Assembly: GCA_951406725.2 (NCBI GenBank)
Contig: OX597827.1
Location: 46,376,001-46,440,000 of the forward strand
Reading direction: 5' to 3'
DNA: 64,000 nt
DNA from: Octopus vulgaris
Lineage: Eukaryota
The notes under the pieces were generated by a model. The model worked only from the letters and a program-made list of their open reading frames with translations. It did not search any database and was not told the origin of the DNA. A program made the position numbers and the translations under genes. Shown in pieces: positions 26,595-39,956 of this stretch. How positions within the stretch are numbered: position 1 is the stretch's first letter; every line of letters begins with the position of its first letter.

Positions 26595-26637
26595 CTAAAC
26601 CGGTGCCGGTCGAGGCTGGTAGATTCCCAGTTCACAG
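26595..26637 (-). CDS. Putative alternative terminal exon of the Draper/MEGF10-like gene (secreted isoform)
   Basis: attgcag|C TGT GAA CTG GGA ATC TAC CAG CCT CGA CCG GCA CCG GTT TAG; phase 2 fits exon 6 and supplies the closing EGF Cys (GTF-CELGIYQPRPAPV*). Confidence 0.5.
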
Positions 26638-26817
26638 CTGCAATTGCAATGTTGGAAGTCAATCGTTAAAAATCAAACCAAAATACATTGACGATGATGT
26701 TGGTGATAGAGGTAATGGTGATGGAGGCGGCGGTGGTAGTGGCCTCTCTGGTGCAGGCGTCTGCAGTTGTGGTGTCTGTGGTGGTGGCGGCGGCGGCATT
26801 GGTGGAGGTGGTAATGG

Positions 26818-26848
<31 letters not shown>

Positions 26849-27044
26849 AGTAGTAGTGGTGATGCTGGTAGTAGTAGTGGTGATGCTGGTGGTGGTGGTG
26901 GTGGTAATGGTGGTGATGCCAGTAGCGCTGATGGTCGATACAGCCGTCGTCGTCGTCGTCGTTGTGACATCACTATTAGATAGATGGGAAATGTATGGGC
27001 TTCCATACACAACCCCATCTATCCAAATAGAATATACATAAATA

Positions 27045-27428
27045 GGCGCAGAAGTGGTTGTGTGATAAATAGCTTGCTTACCAACCACATGGTTCTGGGT
27101 TCAGTCCCAGTGCGTACCACCTTGGTCAAGTGTCTTCTACTATAGCCTCGGGCCGACCAAAGCCTTGTGAGTGGATTTGGTAGACGGAAACTGAAAGAAG
27201 CCCGTAGTATATATATGTATATATATATGTGTATATGTGTATATATGTTTGTGTGTCTGTGTTTGTCCCCCAACATCGCTTGACAACCGATGCGGTTCGG
27301 CATAAGAGACCGATAGAATAAGTACTAGGCTTCCAAAGAATAAGTTCTGGGGTCGATTTACTCGACTAAAGGCGGTGCTCCAGCATGGCCGCAGTCAAAT
27401 GACTGAAACAAGTAAAAGAGTGAAAGAG
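27045..27428 (+). mobile_element. SINE family A
   Basis: Homologous to 12827-13234; a diverged copy follows at about 27909-28410. Confidence 0.88.
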
Positions 27429-28069
27429 AACTACAATGACGTACATATTCATTCTTAATCAGTCTCGGTAGATTCGAACGTAAATATGCGAATCACTGTT
27501 GTATTTTGTCTACGGAGTACTCCTTCTTCTTGCAGACAATGTGTGTTCACAATAAACTCGATTCATCGATGTTGGGAAACTTTGAGGTACCGGTGCAGTG
27601 CATAGGATGATTGGTTGTCACATGCGCCATTATTGTTTAGATTTATTGATAAGGACATGTAGCAATAACTAGCAGAATCGAAACCAAATCGTTTTGTAGC
27701 CGAGTAAGCACCACGGCTAAGTCACTGACCTTTCACATGAACGGCCGTTATGTCTGTTTGCTCGAAAGTTGATATTAAAAAGTCCATAAATAAAGATCGA
27801 TAAAACAAGTACCTGACACAATTGACTAAAACTCTTCAAGGTTTGTACCCAAGCATTATTCCAGTCCAAACAGTGACATCAGTAAAAGAATAAAGGAATA
27901 TTTATATAGGCACATGCGTGGCAGAGAGGTAAGAAGCTTGCTTCCCACTTATATGGTTCCGGGTTCAATCCCATTGCACAGCATTTTTGGACAAATGCCT
28001 TCTAATATAGCCTCGTGCCCACCAACGCATTGTGAGTGGATTTGGTAGACGGAAACTGAAAGAAGCGCG

Positions 28070-28133
<64 letters not shown>

Positions 28134-28428
28134 AACATCAGAGTGACTCAAGGTCCGGTAGTTTCGTACGTTAGCTCTTACCAATATATGTATATGTATA
28201 TATGTATGTGTGTTTTGCGTTTGTGTTTGCCCTCCCAACCGGTGGTGGTTTGTTTACGTCCCCGTAACTTAACTGTTCAACAAAATAGATCGATACAATA
28301 AGTACCAGGCTTAGAAAAATGTAAGTAGTTGTTTCGATTCGGTCAAGTAAAAAAATTCTTCGAGGCGGTGCCCCAGCATGGTCGCAGTCTGATGACCGAA
28401 ACAAAAAAAAGACGAAAGATATACTTAC

Positions 28429-28573
28429 AATGTTCCTTTGAAACCGTCTTGGCATAGACACGCACCATTCAGATGGTCGCAAGTTGCTCCGTTTTTGCAT
28501 TTACACATCGATTGACAATTTACACCATATGTATTATCTGGACACTCGTTCTGGCATTTTCCACCAGTCCAGC
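28429..28573 (-). CDS. MEGF10: Draper/MEGF10-like, coding exon 6
   Basis: ccgtag|GC TGG...ACA TT|gtaagt; GWTGGKCQNECPDNTYGVNCQSMCKCKNGATCDHLNGACLCQDGFKGT; phase 1/2. Confidence 0.93.
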
Positions 28574-28643
28574 CTACGGGGAGAAAGACAAATAGACAGT
28601 GCGCATTTATTTTTCACCTACGAATTATCAAAACATAAATAAG

Positions 28644-28743
<100 letters not shown>

Positions 28744-28744
28744 T

Positions 28745-28795
<51 letters not shown>

Positions 28796-28848
28796 GTAGA
28801 TAGATAGATAGGTAGGTAGGTACGTAGGTAGGTAGGTAGGTAGGTAGG

Positions 28849-29023
<175 letters not shown>

Positions 29024-29112
29024 GGAGGATTCACAAAAAAGCAAAAGACGAAGACAGGTGATGTAGACAACAAACAGATGTATTAGTATAACGCTCGGGA
29101 AGTGAAAACAGT

Positions 29113-29148
29113 CTTTAACGTTTCGAGCCTATGCTCTTCCACAGAAAG
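29113..29148 (-). ncRNA. Hammerhead-like motif with CUGUNGA core (A6U variant)
   Basis: CUUU-CUGUGGA-A-GAGC-auag-GCUC-GAAA-C-GUU|AAAG; relatives at 31985-32020 and 59690-59725. Confidence 0.55.
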
Positions 29149-29497
29149 GAACACAGAAAGAAACAAGGAGAGAAAATAAAGAATGTGTAGTGGCTAGCGA
29201 TCTAGTGTCTTATTATTTACCCACGCACCAGTAAAGGTTCCATATTTATTTTTCTAAAGTTTGGAAACTTTACTGGTGAATGTGTTAAATAATAAGGCAC
29301 TAAAAAAGAATGATTCTCTCCAGACACAACAAAATATGCTTCAACACACGAACTCACATAAAGAATCTTGCAAAGCAAATCCCAAAACGAAATATATATT
29401 GAAAGACGTGGCCTCTAGGGCAAAATTCCTCATCTTTAAAATGCAGCCCGAGTAAACCCGAATGAAATCGGGTTATAATATTAGTGTATATATACAT

Positions 29498-29641
<144 letters not shown>

Positions 29642-31376
29642 GGGCAAAATTAATTAATCAATTAATAATTGATAATTTTACCAAGTAGTTTGGTATGTTA
29701 ATAGAACCATTATCAGTAAACTTATACAAAAATTCTATAATTATGAGAATAATTATAATTAGGGTTCAGCAAAATTTGCTTCACCACATACCGAAATTTA
29801 GAAATAGCAGTTAAAATACTATTTTACTACCATAAGCTATCTCCCAGAGTGCAAATTTATTATTCATAAACAAGAATGTTATTGACTGTGATTTCGAAGA
29901 TTCGGTTTGCAAAGCCATCGTCGGATTGCAGTCTGGTGGCGATTTAATCGGCTAAAACTTCGAAGTCACTGTCAATACTATTCTTGTTTAAGACTAATTT
30001 ATGTGTGTGAGTGTGAGTGTGTGCGTGTGTGTTTGTGTGTGCGCGTGTGTGCGCGTGTGTGTTTGTGTGTGTGCGTGTGTATTTGTGTGTGTGCGTGTGT
30101 GTTTATGTACGTGCGTGTGTGTTTGTGTGTGCGCGTGTGTTTGTGTGTGTGCGTGTGTTTGTGTGTGCGCGTGTGTGTTTGTGTATGTGCGTGTGTGTTT
30201 GTGCGTGTGTTTGTGTGTGTGCGTGTGTGTGCGTGTGTGTTTGTGTATGTGCGTGTGTGTTTGTGTGTGCGCGTGTGTGTTTGTGTGTGTGCGTGTGTGT
30301 TTGTGTATGTGCGTGTGTGTTTGTGTGTGCGCGTGTGTTTGTGTGTGCGCGTGTGTGTTTGTGTGTGTGCGTGTGTGTACACACGTGTGTGCGCACACAC
30401 ATGTGCAAACATAATGGACTTCTATACAGTTTCCTCTATCCAATACCACTCACAAGGAATTAGCCTGAAGGAGCCAAGGTTGAAGACACTTGCTGAAGGT
30501 GTCCAGGTGTGATATCGAACCCAAGAACAAGAGGCTACAAAACGAACACCTTAATTACATACCCTCACTTTTGTCCGAACGCTACAACATCCTATTTCAA
30601 CATCCCCTAAGTAGGTAATCCCCTTCCCATTTAAATACATAATCTCCTCTCTTCCCGAAATACATAATCCAGTTACTCCTCTCTCCCATCAATACATAAT
30701 CCCAGTTCTAGTCTCCTTAAAACGTAAATGAAAACAAAAGCTAATTATGTACATCAAGCATCGTTAAGCTTATTGCTATATTGTATTCAGCGAATTAAAT
30801 TGAAACTTTTTTTGTGTAACTTTAGAAAAGGTGTAAACATCACATCACAATGGGGTTTGCGACCAATGAGAGTGCTCCTGTTGCTTACTCATCTGAGTCA
30901 ACGTCCTGTTTGAATTATAATATTAATGGCAGCGAAGGGATCGAGCTGGTGGTGTCATTAACGAGCCAGGCAAAATGCTGAGCGGCATTTCGGCCGTTTT
31001 CACGTTCTGAGTTCAAATTTCGCCGACATCGACTTATCCTGTCATTCTTTCAGGTTCGATGAAATGACTACCAGTTGAGCATCGGGGTCGATGTAATCGA
31101 TTACCACCCAGCCCGAAAAATTTCAGGTGTTATGCATGCTGGAAGAATCGTTAGCGCATCGGACGAAATGCCTTCTGTTGTTTCTTCCGATACTTTATTC
31201 TCTGGATATTTGAATCCTTTAATGTCAAGGGTGTAACAAGCAGTTGATTCCGCTTGCTTCTCAAGATGACGCTATTTTATTTTATTTTTATTTTCCTTTT
31301 CTAAGATTCTAGCTGTTAAAAGTAATAATCCTATTGGATATTAGTTATAGTAAATAAGCAGCTATGTAAATTAGAA

Positions 31377-31431
<55 letters not shown>

Positions 31432-31442
31432 GTGCCTATATG

Positions 31443-31473
<31 letters not shown>

Positions 31474-31779
31474 GTACGTATGTACATATATGCATATATA
31501 TATATGTACATATATATGTATATACATATATATGTGTGTTAATACATATATATATGAACCTATATATAGGTATGGATATATGTGTGCGTGTATACATACA
31601 CAAAGTCAAGAGGAATGAGAAGTCAGTACATATTTATTCAACCATATGACTTCCATAGATTACAGCCGTTTCGCAACCTTCTCCATGTAGAATTAACTTC
31701 AGTATGAAAGAAATTATGCATGCATGTTTGCGTTAATACGTCAAAACCGCACGATTCCCTGAATCCATATCTTTAACTA

Positions 31780-31855
<76 letters not shown>

Positions 31856-32170
31856 TATATATATACATATATATGTATGTGTATATATATATATAGTTGA
31901 AATTTATAGAAAAAACAATAGACGAAACAGGTGTACGAACAACAAGCAAGTGTATTAGTTTGACACTACGGAAAACGAAAAAGTCTTCTACGTTTCGAGA
32001 CTACGCGCTTCAACAGAAAGGAATAAGATAAACATAGAGAGAATGAAAAAAAACTTGTAATATATATATACAACGCTGACTTGGGGCAAACGCCAACAAC
32101 GACAAATATTGTCACCACCTTGTAAACTATATTGCTCTATGTATGTAAAGAATGAGTAAAGAAACTATAC

Positions 32171-32272
32171 CTGGAATACATTGGCAGATCCCAGTAATAG
32201 GTTCGCATGATCCGTGTCCATTGCAGTCACATTTCTCTACACAGTTCACTCCCCATGTGCCATTGGAACAAT
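32171..32272 (-). CDS. MEGF10: Draper/MEGF10-like, coding exon 5
   Basis: taacag|AT TGT...CCA G|gtatag; CSNGTWGVNCVEKCDCNGHGSCEPITGICQCIPG; phase 1/1. Confidence 0.92.
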
Positions 32273-32654
32273 CTGTTATGCCATAAACAAAGGAAAAAGA
32301 AAACGCGTATAGATAAAATATGAGTCAAAATAAATATAAAAAACACAATATTTTATAAAATGGCGGCCCCCACAACTAAGAGAACTTTTTTCTGTTTGTT
32401 TTTTTTTTTTAATTTCTTAGTCGCGGAATCACATTTTGTAGAAGGAATGGTGTAGAGATTTTTAATTGCTACAAGTTCACTTTACTTCTTGAGAACTTGA
32501 AACCTAGAAATTGTGTTCAGTTCAGCGGGAGATAGGATGAAATCGATTTTAGATTACCCTTGGGTGGCCCGCCACATGCAATTTCTGATTCACGAATCAA
32601 ATCATTTATCCATTGCCTTTTTATCCCAGCAACAACAACAACAGCAGCAGCAGC

Positions 32655-32722
<68 letters not shown>

Positions 32723-32908
32723 CAGCAGTAGTAGTTGTTGTTGTTGTTGTTGTTTGTGTCATTGAGGATGTATACGCGAAAGCTGGTTCAGCCCACATAG
32801 CCCCACCACACCCCCAAGGAAAAGAAGGAAAGAAAGAACGTTCAAATAAATGGCTGACGGAATAACTAGAAAGAAAAGCAATGAAATTGTCATTTTGTTG
32901 GTACTTAC

Positions 32909-33001
32909 GGGAAGCACACGTATGTCCTCTCCATCCTGGGTGGCAATGACACATATTGGGTGCCAGACAAATGCCGTTGTTGCAACCAAATTCACAGATT
33001 G
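32909..33001 (-). CDS. MEGF10: Draper/MEGF10-like, coding exon 4 (NIM repeat)
   Basis: tttag|CA ATC...TCC C|gtaagt; PICEFGCNNGICLAPNMCHCHPGWRGHTCAS; phase 1/1. Confidence 0.93.
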
Positions 33002-33468
33002 CTAAAAAAAAATAAATGGGAAAGCAAAATGGACAATCAAAAACAGACAAAGATGCAGAGGATACAATCAACAAATGAGAAGATGAGCAAATGACGAAAT
33101 CATTAAACTCCAAATCTTGAACGGTGATTCTTTATTCAATTTATTAAGCATCTTTGTTTTGCCTTATGACTCAGAGTTACTGGACTATGGGCATGCTCCA
33201 CACACGTATACACACAAACACACACACACACACACACATACATACACACACACACATATATGAGGATGAGCACAAACCATACGATCTGGTGGTCTCGTCG
33301 GCTGCTGGAAGATAGCAGACGTTAGTTCCCCTGCTTTCAATATATATCGGGTGTAGATTGCATCGATAACCAGCTGGAGGAGCACCTCCTGGGGTTAAAA
33401 ACGGTAGTAACCTCGATCCATACGGAACAGTCATATTGATGTGGCGATAAACATTACTTCTCAGTGTG

Positions 33469-33538
<70 letters not shown>

Positions 33539-33576
33539 TGTGTGTGCGTGTGCGTGTGCGTGTGTGTGTGTGTATG

Positions 33577-33618
<42 letters not shown>

Positions 33619-33624
33619 TGTGTG

Positions 33625-33698
<74 letters not shown>

Positions 33699-33747
33699 TA
33701 AAAAGTCGTTAGAATTTTGGAAAAAAGATCTTTTTATTTCTTCACTA

Positions 33748-33787
33748 TTATAAGCGCTTTCGTTCGTTTCTCGAACTTGTCAAATAA
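33748..33787 (-). ncRNA. Minimal hammerhead ribozyme, U3-A8 core variant; mirror copy 33880-33919 (+) in palindrome 33700-33965
   Basis: UUAU-UUGACAA-GUUCG-agaaa-CGAAC-GAAA-GCGC-UU|AUAA; self-complementary AGCGCU stem III. Confidence 0.65.
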
Positions 33788-34003
33788 ATTTTGTGAAATG
33801 TACAAACAGCTTGTTCATTTATATAAAACAGATGGGTTTTTTTATATAAAAGAACAAGCTGATTTTGCATTCACAAAATTTATTTGACAAGTTCGAGAAA
33901 CGAACGAAAGCACTAATAATAATAAAGAAATAAAAAGATTTTTTTCAAAAATTCTGATGACATTTTTTCTCAATATTCAATTTCTGTACGCCACACTTAA
34001 CAC

Positions 34004-34051
<48 letters not shown>

Positions 34052-34288
34052 CATGCAGGTATGGACAAAAGTACAGATGTTTAATATGAGTGGTTCAAAA
34101 AAAAAAAAAAGAGGGCTTTCAATAAATTAGGCATCTCCCGCAGATCCCTTCGTCGATATATGAATCACTTAGGTTTTAAAAAGAAATAGAGAAATGAAAA
34201 GAAAATTCCACTCATATTGAGCAACTGGTTAAGCAATTACGTTAAAGGGCTCTCGTTATTATATTAGTTTTAGATGACTTCTACTTAC

Positions 34289-34389
34289 GATGGCAGCGAC
34301 CATTCACTTCTTCGTAGTTCATACAACACATGGCTGTCTTCTTGTAGACTAAAGACGACCGGACTTTCCTTCCGAGGCGATATTTTGTA
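34289..34389 (-). CDS. MEGF10: Draper/MEGF10-like, coding exon 3 (EMI domain end)
   Basis: gtgcag|T ACA...CAT C|gtaagt; TKYRLGRKVRSSLVYKKTAMCCMNYEEVNGRCH (CCxxY motif); phase 2/1. Confidence 0.9.
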
Positions 34390-34638
34390 CTGCACAAAAG
34401 ATAACAAATTATAATTGATAATGATTAATTTTCCTACTAACCGAACAACAAAATACATACAAGTGTATATGATGTATATATATATTATATATTGCTCCAG
34501 CATGGCCACAGACAAATGACTGAAACAAAAGAATATATAAAACAAGCAAAGCAGCTAGTTAACGCTGCAACCTGCATCCGATACATTGCAAGCAAGGGAG
34601 CGAACCCGTACCACCTTCTAGCAAAAGGACCAGCAAAC

Positions 34639-34674
34639 CAGCCCGGTTTCGGGCTATTTTGCCCTTCCTCAGTG
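34639..34674 (-). ncRNA. Degenerate hammerhead motif (cleavage triplet lost)
   Basis: CA-CUGAGGA-A-GGGC-aaaaua-GCCC-GAAA-CCG-GGC|UG, with GGC in place of GUC. Confidence 0.5.
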
Positions 34675-35018
34675 CTGGACACCATGTCTGTTAGTGATTA
34701 CAGCAGTTCGCTCTAGTTCGCAGTATATAGAAATTCAAGCGACGCTTAGTTGCTGATCTTACAACAAACAAAGCGGATAGTTATAAAATTTATGTGGGAG
34801 ATGAAAGCAGTAACAGTACAGGCAAGTAATATTTGTCGCCACATCACCACGGGTGTTCTGTACGAACGGACGTTGCCGAAATTTTTTAGCCTCAAGCTAG
34901 TTAACGACGCAACCTCAATCTGATATACTGACTGTATAAGTTAGATGTACAACTGCTACTGTGAGTTAAAACTCCACGCCGATTATCGTTATCTAGTCGG
35001 CCTCTAGTGTAGTGGTAA

Positions 35019-35560
35019 GTTAGTTAGTTAGTTAGTTAGTTAGTTAATTTGGCTCAAAAGCAAATAGCAAGGCCATGTAGGGGGACATGGAGTTAAGTAC
35101 AGGGTGGTGTTCATGTAAAGAGTTCAGGCCACTTGAGGTCAAGGGAGGCTTTGAACAAAGCGGTCGTCGGCATCTTCACCATCTCGTCTGGCAGCTTGTT
35201 CCACGGATCCGCAACCCGGACGGAGAAAGCTCCTCTCCTTCGATTGAGATGAAATCGTCGCAGGTAGAGCTTTTCGGAATGACCCCGCAGCCGATGCTCT
35301 GGAGCAGGAGTGAAGAACAGCTCTTTCGAGAGGTTACACTTTCCGCTTATGATGCTGTGGGCGAGAATGAGATCACCACGGCGGCGGCGTTTTTCTAGAG
35401 AATAAAGGTCGAGCGTCCTCAGCCTTTCTTCATAGGACAAGTTTTTGAGACCATGAACCATGCGGGTAGCCAGCTTCTGGACTCTTTCGAGATGCTGTAA
35501 GTCTTTGAGGAGATAAGGAGAAGAGGCTTGAATCCCGTATTCCAATATGGGTCTCACCGA
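35019..35560 (-). mobile_element. 5'-truncated CR1/L2-group LINE 3' end with (CTAA)n tail
   Basis: VRPILEY...LERVQKLATRMV...SYEERLRTLDLYSLEKRRRRGDLI...WNKLP. Confidence 0.88.
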
Positions 35561-35811
35561 CCACTGCACTCGGCAGTGTTACTGATTCTAATATACTGAG
35601 CATGCATAACGGGAAATTAAGATAAACACTAATATAAATATTTAGTTCCAGCGTACGTTTCGTCATTACAGTTATTCGGAATTTGGCATTGGGTGTTCCA
35701 AATGCTTTTGGATGTATAACTGCAGTGGATCACACATCAATATAAACATCCTGGAACTAAGCTATAAACAAAACAACTAAATACACAAAAATGTTTAGAA
35801 ACATAACTTAC

Positions 35812-35907
35812 ATCCATTCTGTACATCTTGGCGGGAAGGCCAGACACCAGGTGGTCGTCTTCACTCTGAACGGTTCACGATATGTAATCATGCGAGTTTG
35901 TGTTTTC
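35812..35907 (-). CDS. MEGF10: Draper/MEGF10-like, coding exon 2 (EMI domain)
   Basis: attaag|G AAA...TGG AT|gtaagt; KTQTRMITYREPFRVKTTTWCLAFPPRCTEWI (WCxxFPPRC as in Draper); phase 2/2. Confidence 0.9.
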
Positions 35908-35917
35908 CTTAATAATG

Positions 35918-35972
<55 letters not shown>

Positions 35973-35976
35973 TAAC

Positions 35977-36026
<50 letters not shown>

Positions 36027-36052
36027 CAACAACAACAACAATAATAATGATG

Positions 36053-36129
<77 letters not shown>

Positions 36130-36131
<2 letters not shown>

Positions 36132-37101
36132 AAGGAAACGGCTGGAGTCTCTTCATGGCTAATAAATATACATCTAGTGATGGTGTCACAATAAAAACAC
36201 TGGTAATTGCGCAACCTGATAATCGCTACCTCATATGAGTGACAATGAAAAAACAAATATGATATGATACCACATTCTTGGATTATTGAGTGTATGAACC
36301 TGTTTGAGATTGCATCGAATGTTGAGCGATTGCTTGGAAAAAGTATGGCGAATTAGAGGACGGACCTGACAGCATACGGAAGAAGTTTAGGGACAGTAGA
36401 AATTAGAAGGGGAATCTTCCAAGGAGACTGCCTGTCCCCACTGATCTTTGTACTGTGCTTGACACCACTGACACTGATTCTGAGGAAAACAAAAGCTGGG
36501 TATGTATTCAAAAGCCGCTGACAAAAAGTCAACCATTCGTTATTCATGGATGACCTCAAACTTTATGGTAAAGATGGAGCCCTAGTCAGTTCCCTCGTTG
36601 ATACGGTGTATACATTCAGTGCTGATATCAGAATGGAGTTCGAACTGAGAAAGTGCGGTGTGATAGTCTTGAAGAGAGGCAAAATTAAATGTATGGACGG
36701 ACAAACGATACCGTCGGGGGAGGTTATGAAGCAGATAGAAGGGACGGGCTATAAGTACTTCGGGATTTTGAAAATGGATAAATTGATGGAGAAAGAAATG
36801 ACAGAAAAACTTAAGGTGGAGTACTTGCGCAGACTGAGAGTGATCCTAAAGTCGAAACTAAACGGACGGAATAAGATCGAAGCTATCAACACCTGGGCGG
36901 TTTCACTCCCTAGATATGGAGCAGGGGTAATCGCATGGACAGTAGCAAAAGTCTCGAGAAGTACGTGGAACAAATAGGGGCTGCAATAAGGGTTGAGCAC
37001 TTGCAGAAAACAGCACTGGAACTGCTCGAATACTCCGGAAGGTGCTCGAAAAATAAGATGTACTGTAGTACATCTCCAGCGTTAGAAGCTGTGCAAAGGC
37101 A

Positions 37102-37175
<74 letters not shown>

Positions 37176-37579
37176 TCACTGGACATTGTTGTGGCGAATA
37201 AAAAAGGAAGAACATGTATGATTATCGACATAGCATACCCCGGTGACAACAAGAACAATGTGAAAGAAGAAAGAAATAAACAACTATGACGATCTAAAGT
37301 AGGAAATACGAAGGTTCTGGTCAATGAAGAGAGTGGACGTGAGACCAATAGTAATTGGTGCACTTGTAAGTGCCAGCACTCAACTACCAGCATGGCTGAA
37401 AAAGATCGGTGCAAGTGTGAAGGTAGAACACCTACAAAAATCAGCACTGCTTGGAACTGCTAGAATTCTTAAAAGAGTTCTTGAAGCATGACCAGTAAAC
37501 AAGTATCACCTTAGTCAGCTGGCTGCGGACAGCTGACACTTTCCATCATACCCAGGAAAATAAGATGAGTTTTCATCAC

Positions 37580-37580
<1 letters not shown>
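36130..37580 (+). mobile_element. Stacked R4/Dong-like (RLE) LINE fragments inserted in (TAA)n
   Basis: RGIFQGDCLSP...FMDDLKLYGK...AINTWAVS; after a TAA tract, DIVV...IIDIAYPGD...LQKSALLGTARILKRVL*. Minus-strand relatives at about 39955-40148 and 46440-47001. Confidence 0.85.
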
Positions 37581-37647
<67 letters not shown>

Positions 37648-38123
37648 TGTCTTGGTATAAAAGATGGGCTACAGCAAATATTCTGCTCAATACCACAGAT
37701 TTGCTTGTCAGTTGTTTGACCTTAACCAGTTGAGCATGTCCCTTAGTGGCTGACGATATGTGCATCTCTGATCACGAGCAGAAGTAGTGGGGGAGCATCA
37801 TGTGTTGAGAGGGATTCTTTGGGGTTTGAATAATTCACCTCTGGAAACATGGGTGGTTCTTTCAGCATCCTTAAACAACCTTTATTCAGGGACCTTTTGA
37901 GCGGGATGGGCTACTCAACCTGAAGAAAATTCTAACTGGGCCCCACCTACAAGGTCATGTGCTGTTTATCTTGATATGAGATCACCATGTCGCGCACATA
38001 TGGTTGTGATGCATGTGCCTGGTGTACCCTTATCAGACGGGTAGTCATGATGGGTATATTGGGCTTCGTATATTTTACCCCAGTGTCACTTTGATGGCAT
38101 GCACTGCTCTCTCACTCAATAAT

Positions 38124-38192
<69 letters not shown>

Positions 38193-38399
38193 AATAATAA
38201 TAATAATAATTTCGACGACGACGATGATAATGATGATGATGACGATAGCTATGATGATGATGATGATGATGTCAACAATCCCCTTTTTATTGGCCCGACG
38301 GGCCGCTAAAACATTTAGGACAATACGATGATAAAGGACACTGGGAATTTACATAGAAATGTGTAAACAATAAAAACAATAACAATTTCTAAAATTCTA

Positions 38400-38750
38400 A
38401 CAAGCAAATTCCCCAATGGTGAGTAAAACACTACCCAAGGGCACCCAAGGTACCCTACTCACCAGCAGTACCATGGCAAGTACTTCTCTCTCTTCAGCCT
38501 ATCGGTACCAATTTAGAATAAGTTCATTCACATGGGTCATCCTCGCCGTATTCACCCAAGCAAATTTACTGTGAGTGGGAGCAGCACATACCTCTCAACC
38601 CTCATCTTCCTTTTCAAATGGAATTTTTTTTAAAAACTAGATGGGGGTTTGGCTAAAGAGGAAAGTGACTGTCTTCAATCCCGTCAGTCTCATCCGTCAC
38701 ACAATCACTTTTGCTAGAGCTACAACACAGAGAAAAGCAACAACCTGCCC
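38400..38750 (-). mobile_element. Probable Tx1-like LINE 3' fragment
   Basis: Minus translation ...FLCVVALAKVIV...FHLKRKMRVER resembles a Tx1 ORF2 C-terminus. Confidence 0.4.
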
Positions 38751-39910
38751 TTAATAATACTTTCAAATTTTGGTACAGGCCCAGTAGTTTTAGAAGGAGG
38801 GATAAGTCAATTTCATTGACCCCAGTGTTCAACTGGCACTTATATTATCGAACCAAAAGGGGAAAAAAAAGGCAAAATTGACCTCGACGTGATTTGAACT
38901 TAGAACGCAAAGAATCGGAAGAAAATGCCGTTCAATCATTTTGTCCGACGCACTAACGATTCTGCTATTGTATTGCAGGTACGAGACCTGCAGGTTTAAG
39001 AGTCATGAGTTAATTGACAGTATCTACCCCCAAAACTTGATTTTATTTTACCAAAACTTGATACTTTATTTTACCGACCCTGAAGAGATAAAAACCAAAC
39101 CTGACCCTGACAGGATTTGAACTCAGAACTCAGCTGAAACAAATTTCAGAACTCAGAATTCAATTTCAGAATTGAAACAAATTTCAGAACTCAGCTGAAA
39201 CAAATGTCACAAGGGATTTTTTCTGATACCCTAATAATTCCACCAGCTCATCTGCTTCACAAAAATGGTTTCAAATTTTGGCACAGGGCCAGCAGTTTTT
39301 GAGGGGGGATGAAGCCAGTACTTGACTGGTATTTATTTTATCGACCCTAAACGATAAAAGGCAAAGTCAACACCATCACCACCACCACTACCATCACCAT
39401 CAAACACCACTACACCACTACAAACAACATTACAATCACAACCAACACCAACAACGCCTCAACCAACATTACATCCACCAACACTTACAACCATCACCAC
39501 CAAACACCATCGCGACCACATCCACCACCACCACCACCACCAACACCACCACCACCACTATCAAATTTACCAGCATTGTCACTACCACAATTAGCACCAC
39601 CCTGAAAAAACCACCACCACTAGTACTACCCCTAAATCATAAACCACCTACGTTTTGACCTTGCCACCCCGATTACTACTTCCACCGCCTTAACCACCGT
39701 AACCACAAAGCCACCCCTAACCCCATACCCATCCCCCACTTTCTAACCTCCCCCATACAACCTTAGTATGCGGGTGACTTATCACCTCCAGAGTAATGAC
39801 CAACATGTCTGGAACAAGTCTGAACGTGAAAAAAATTGCTTATTTAACAAAACAGTTCTAAAAAACATTTCTACAGAATTTTCGTTCTTTTCCTTATCAT
39901 CATCATCATC

Positions 39911-39956
<46 letters not shown>

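Noticed and set aside
26270-27088. Gly-rich, Pro-rich and Thr-rich ORFs
   Set aside because: Degenerate (GGT)n microsatellite open in several frames on both strands.
29907-30512. Cys/Val-rich and His/Thr-rich ORFs
   Set aside because: Compound (GT)n-derived satellite.
31665-31775. HHR 3' half (GAAACGGCUGUA) on the minus strand; a similar half near 42027-42040
   Set aside because: No intact CUGANGA partner found; at best decayed copies.
32357-32367. YY1-like motif AAAATGGCGGC
   Set aside because: Single short intronic motif with no supporting promoter context.
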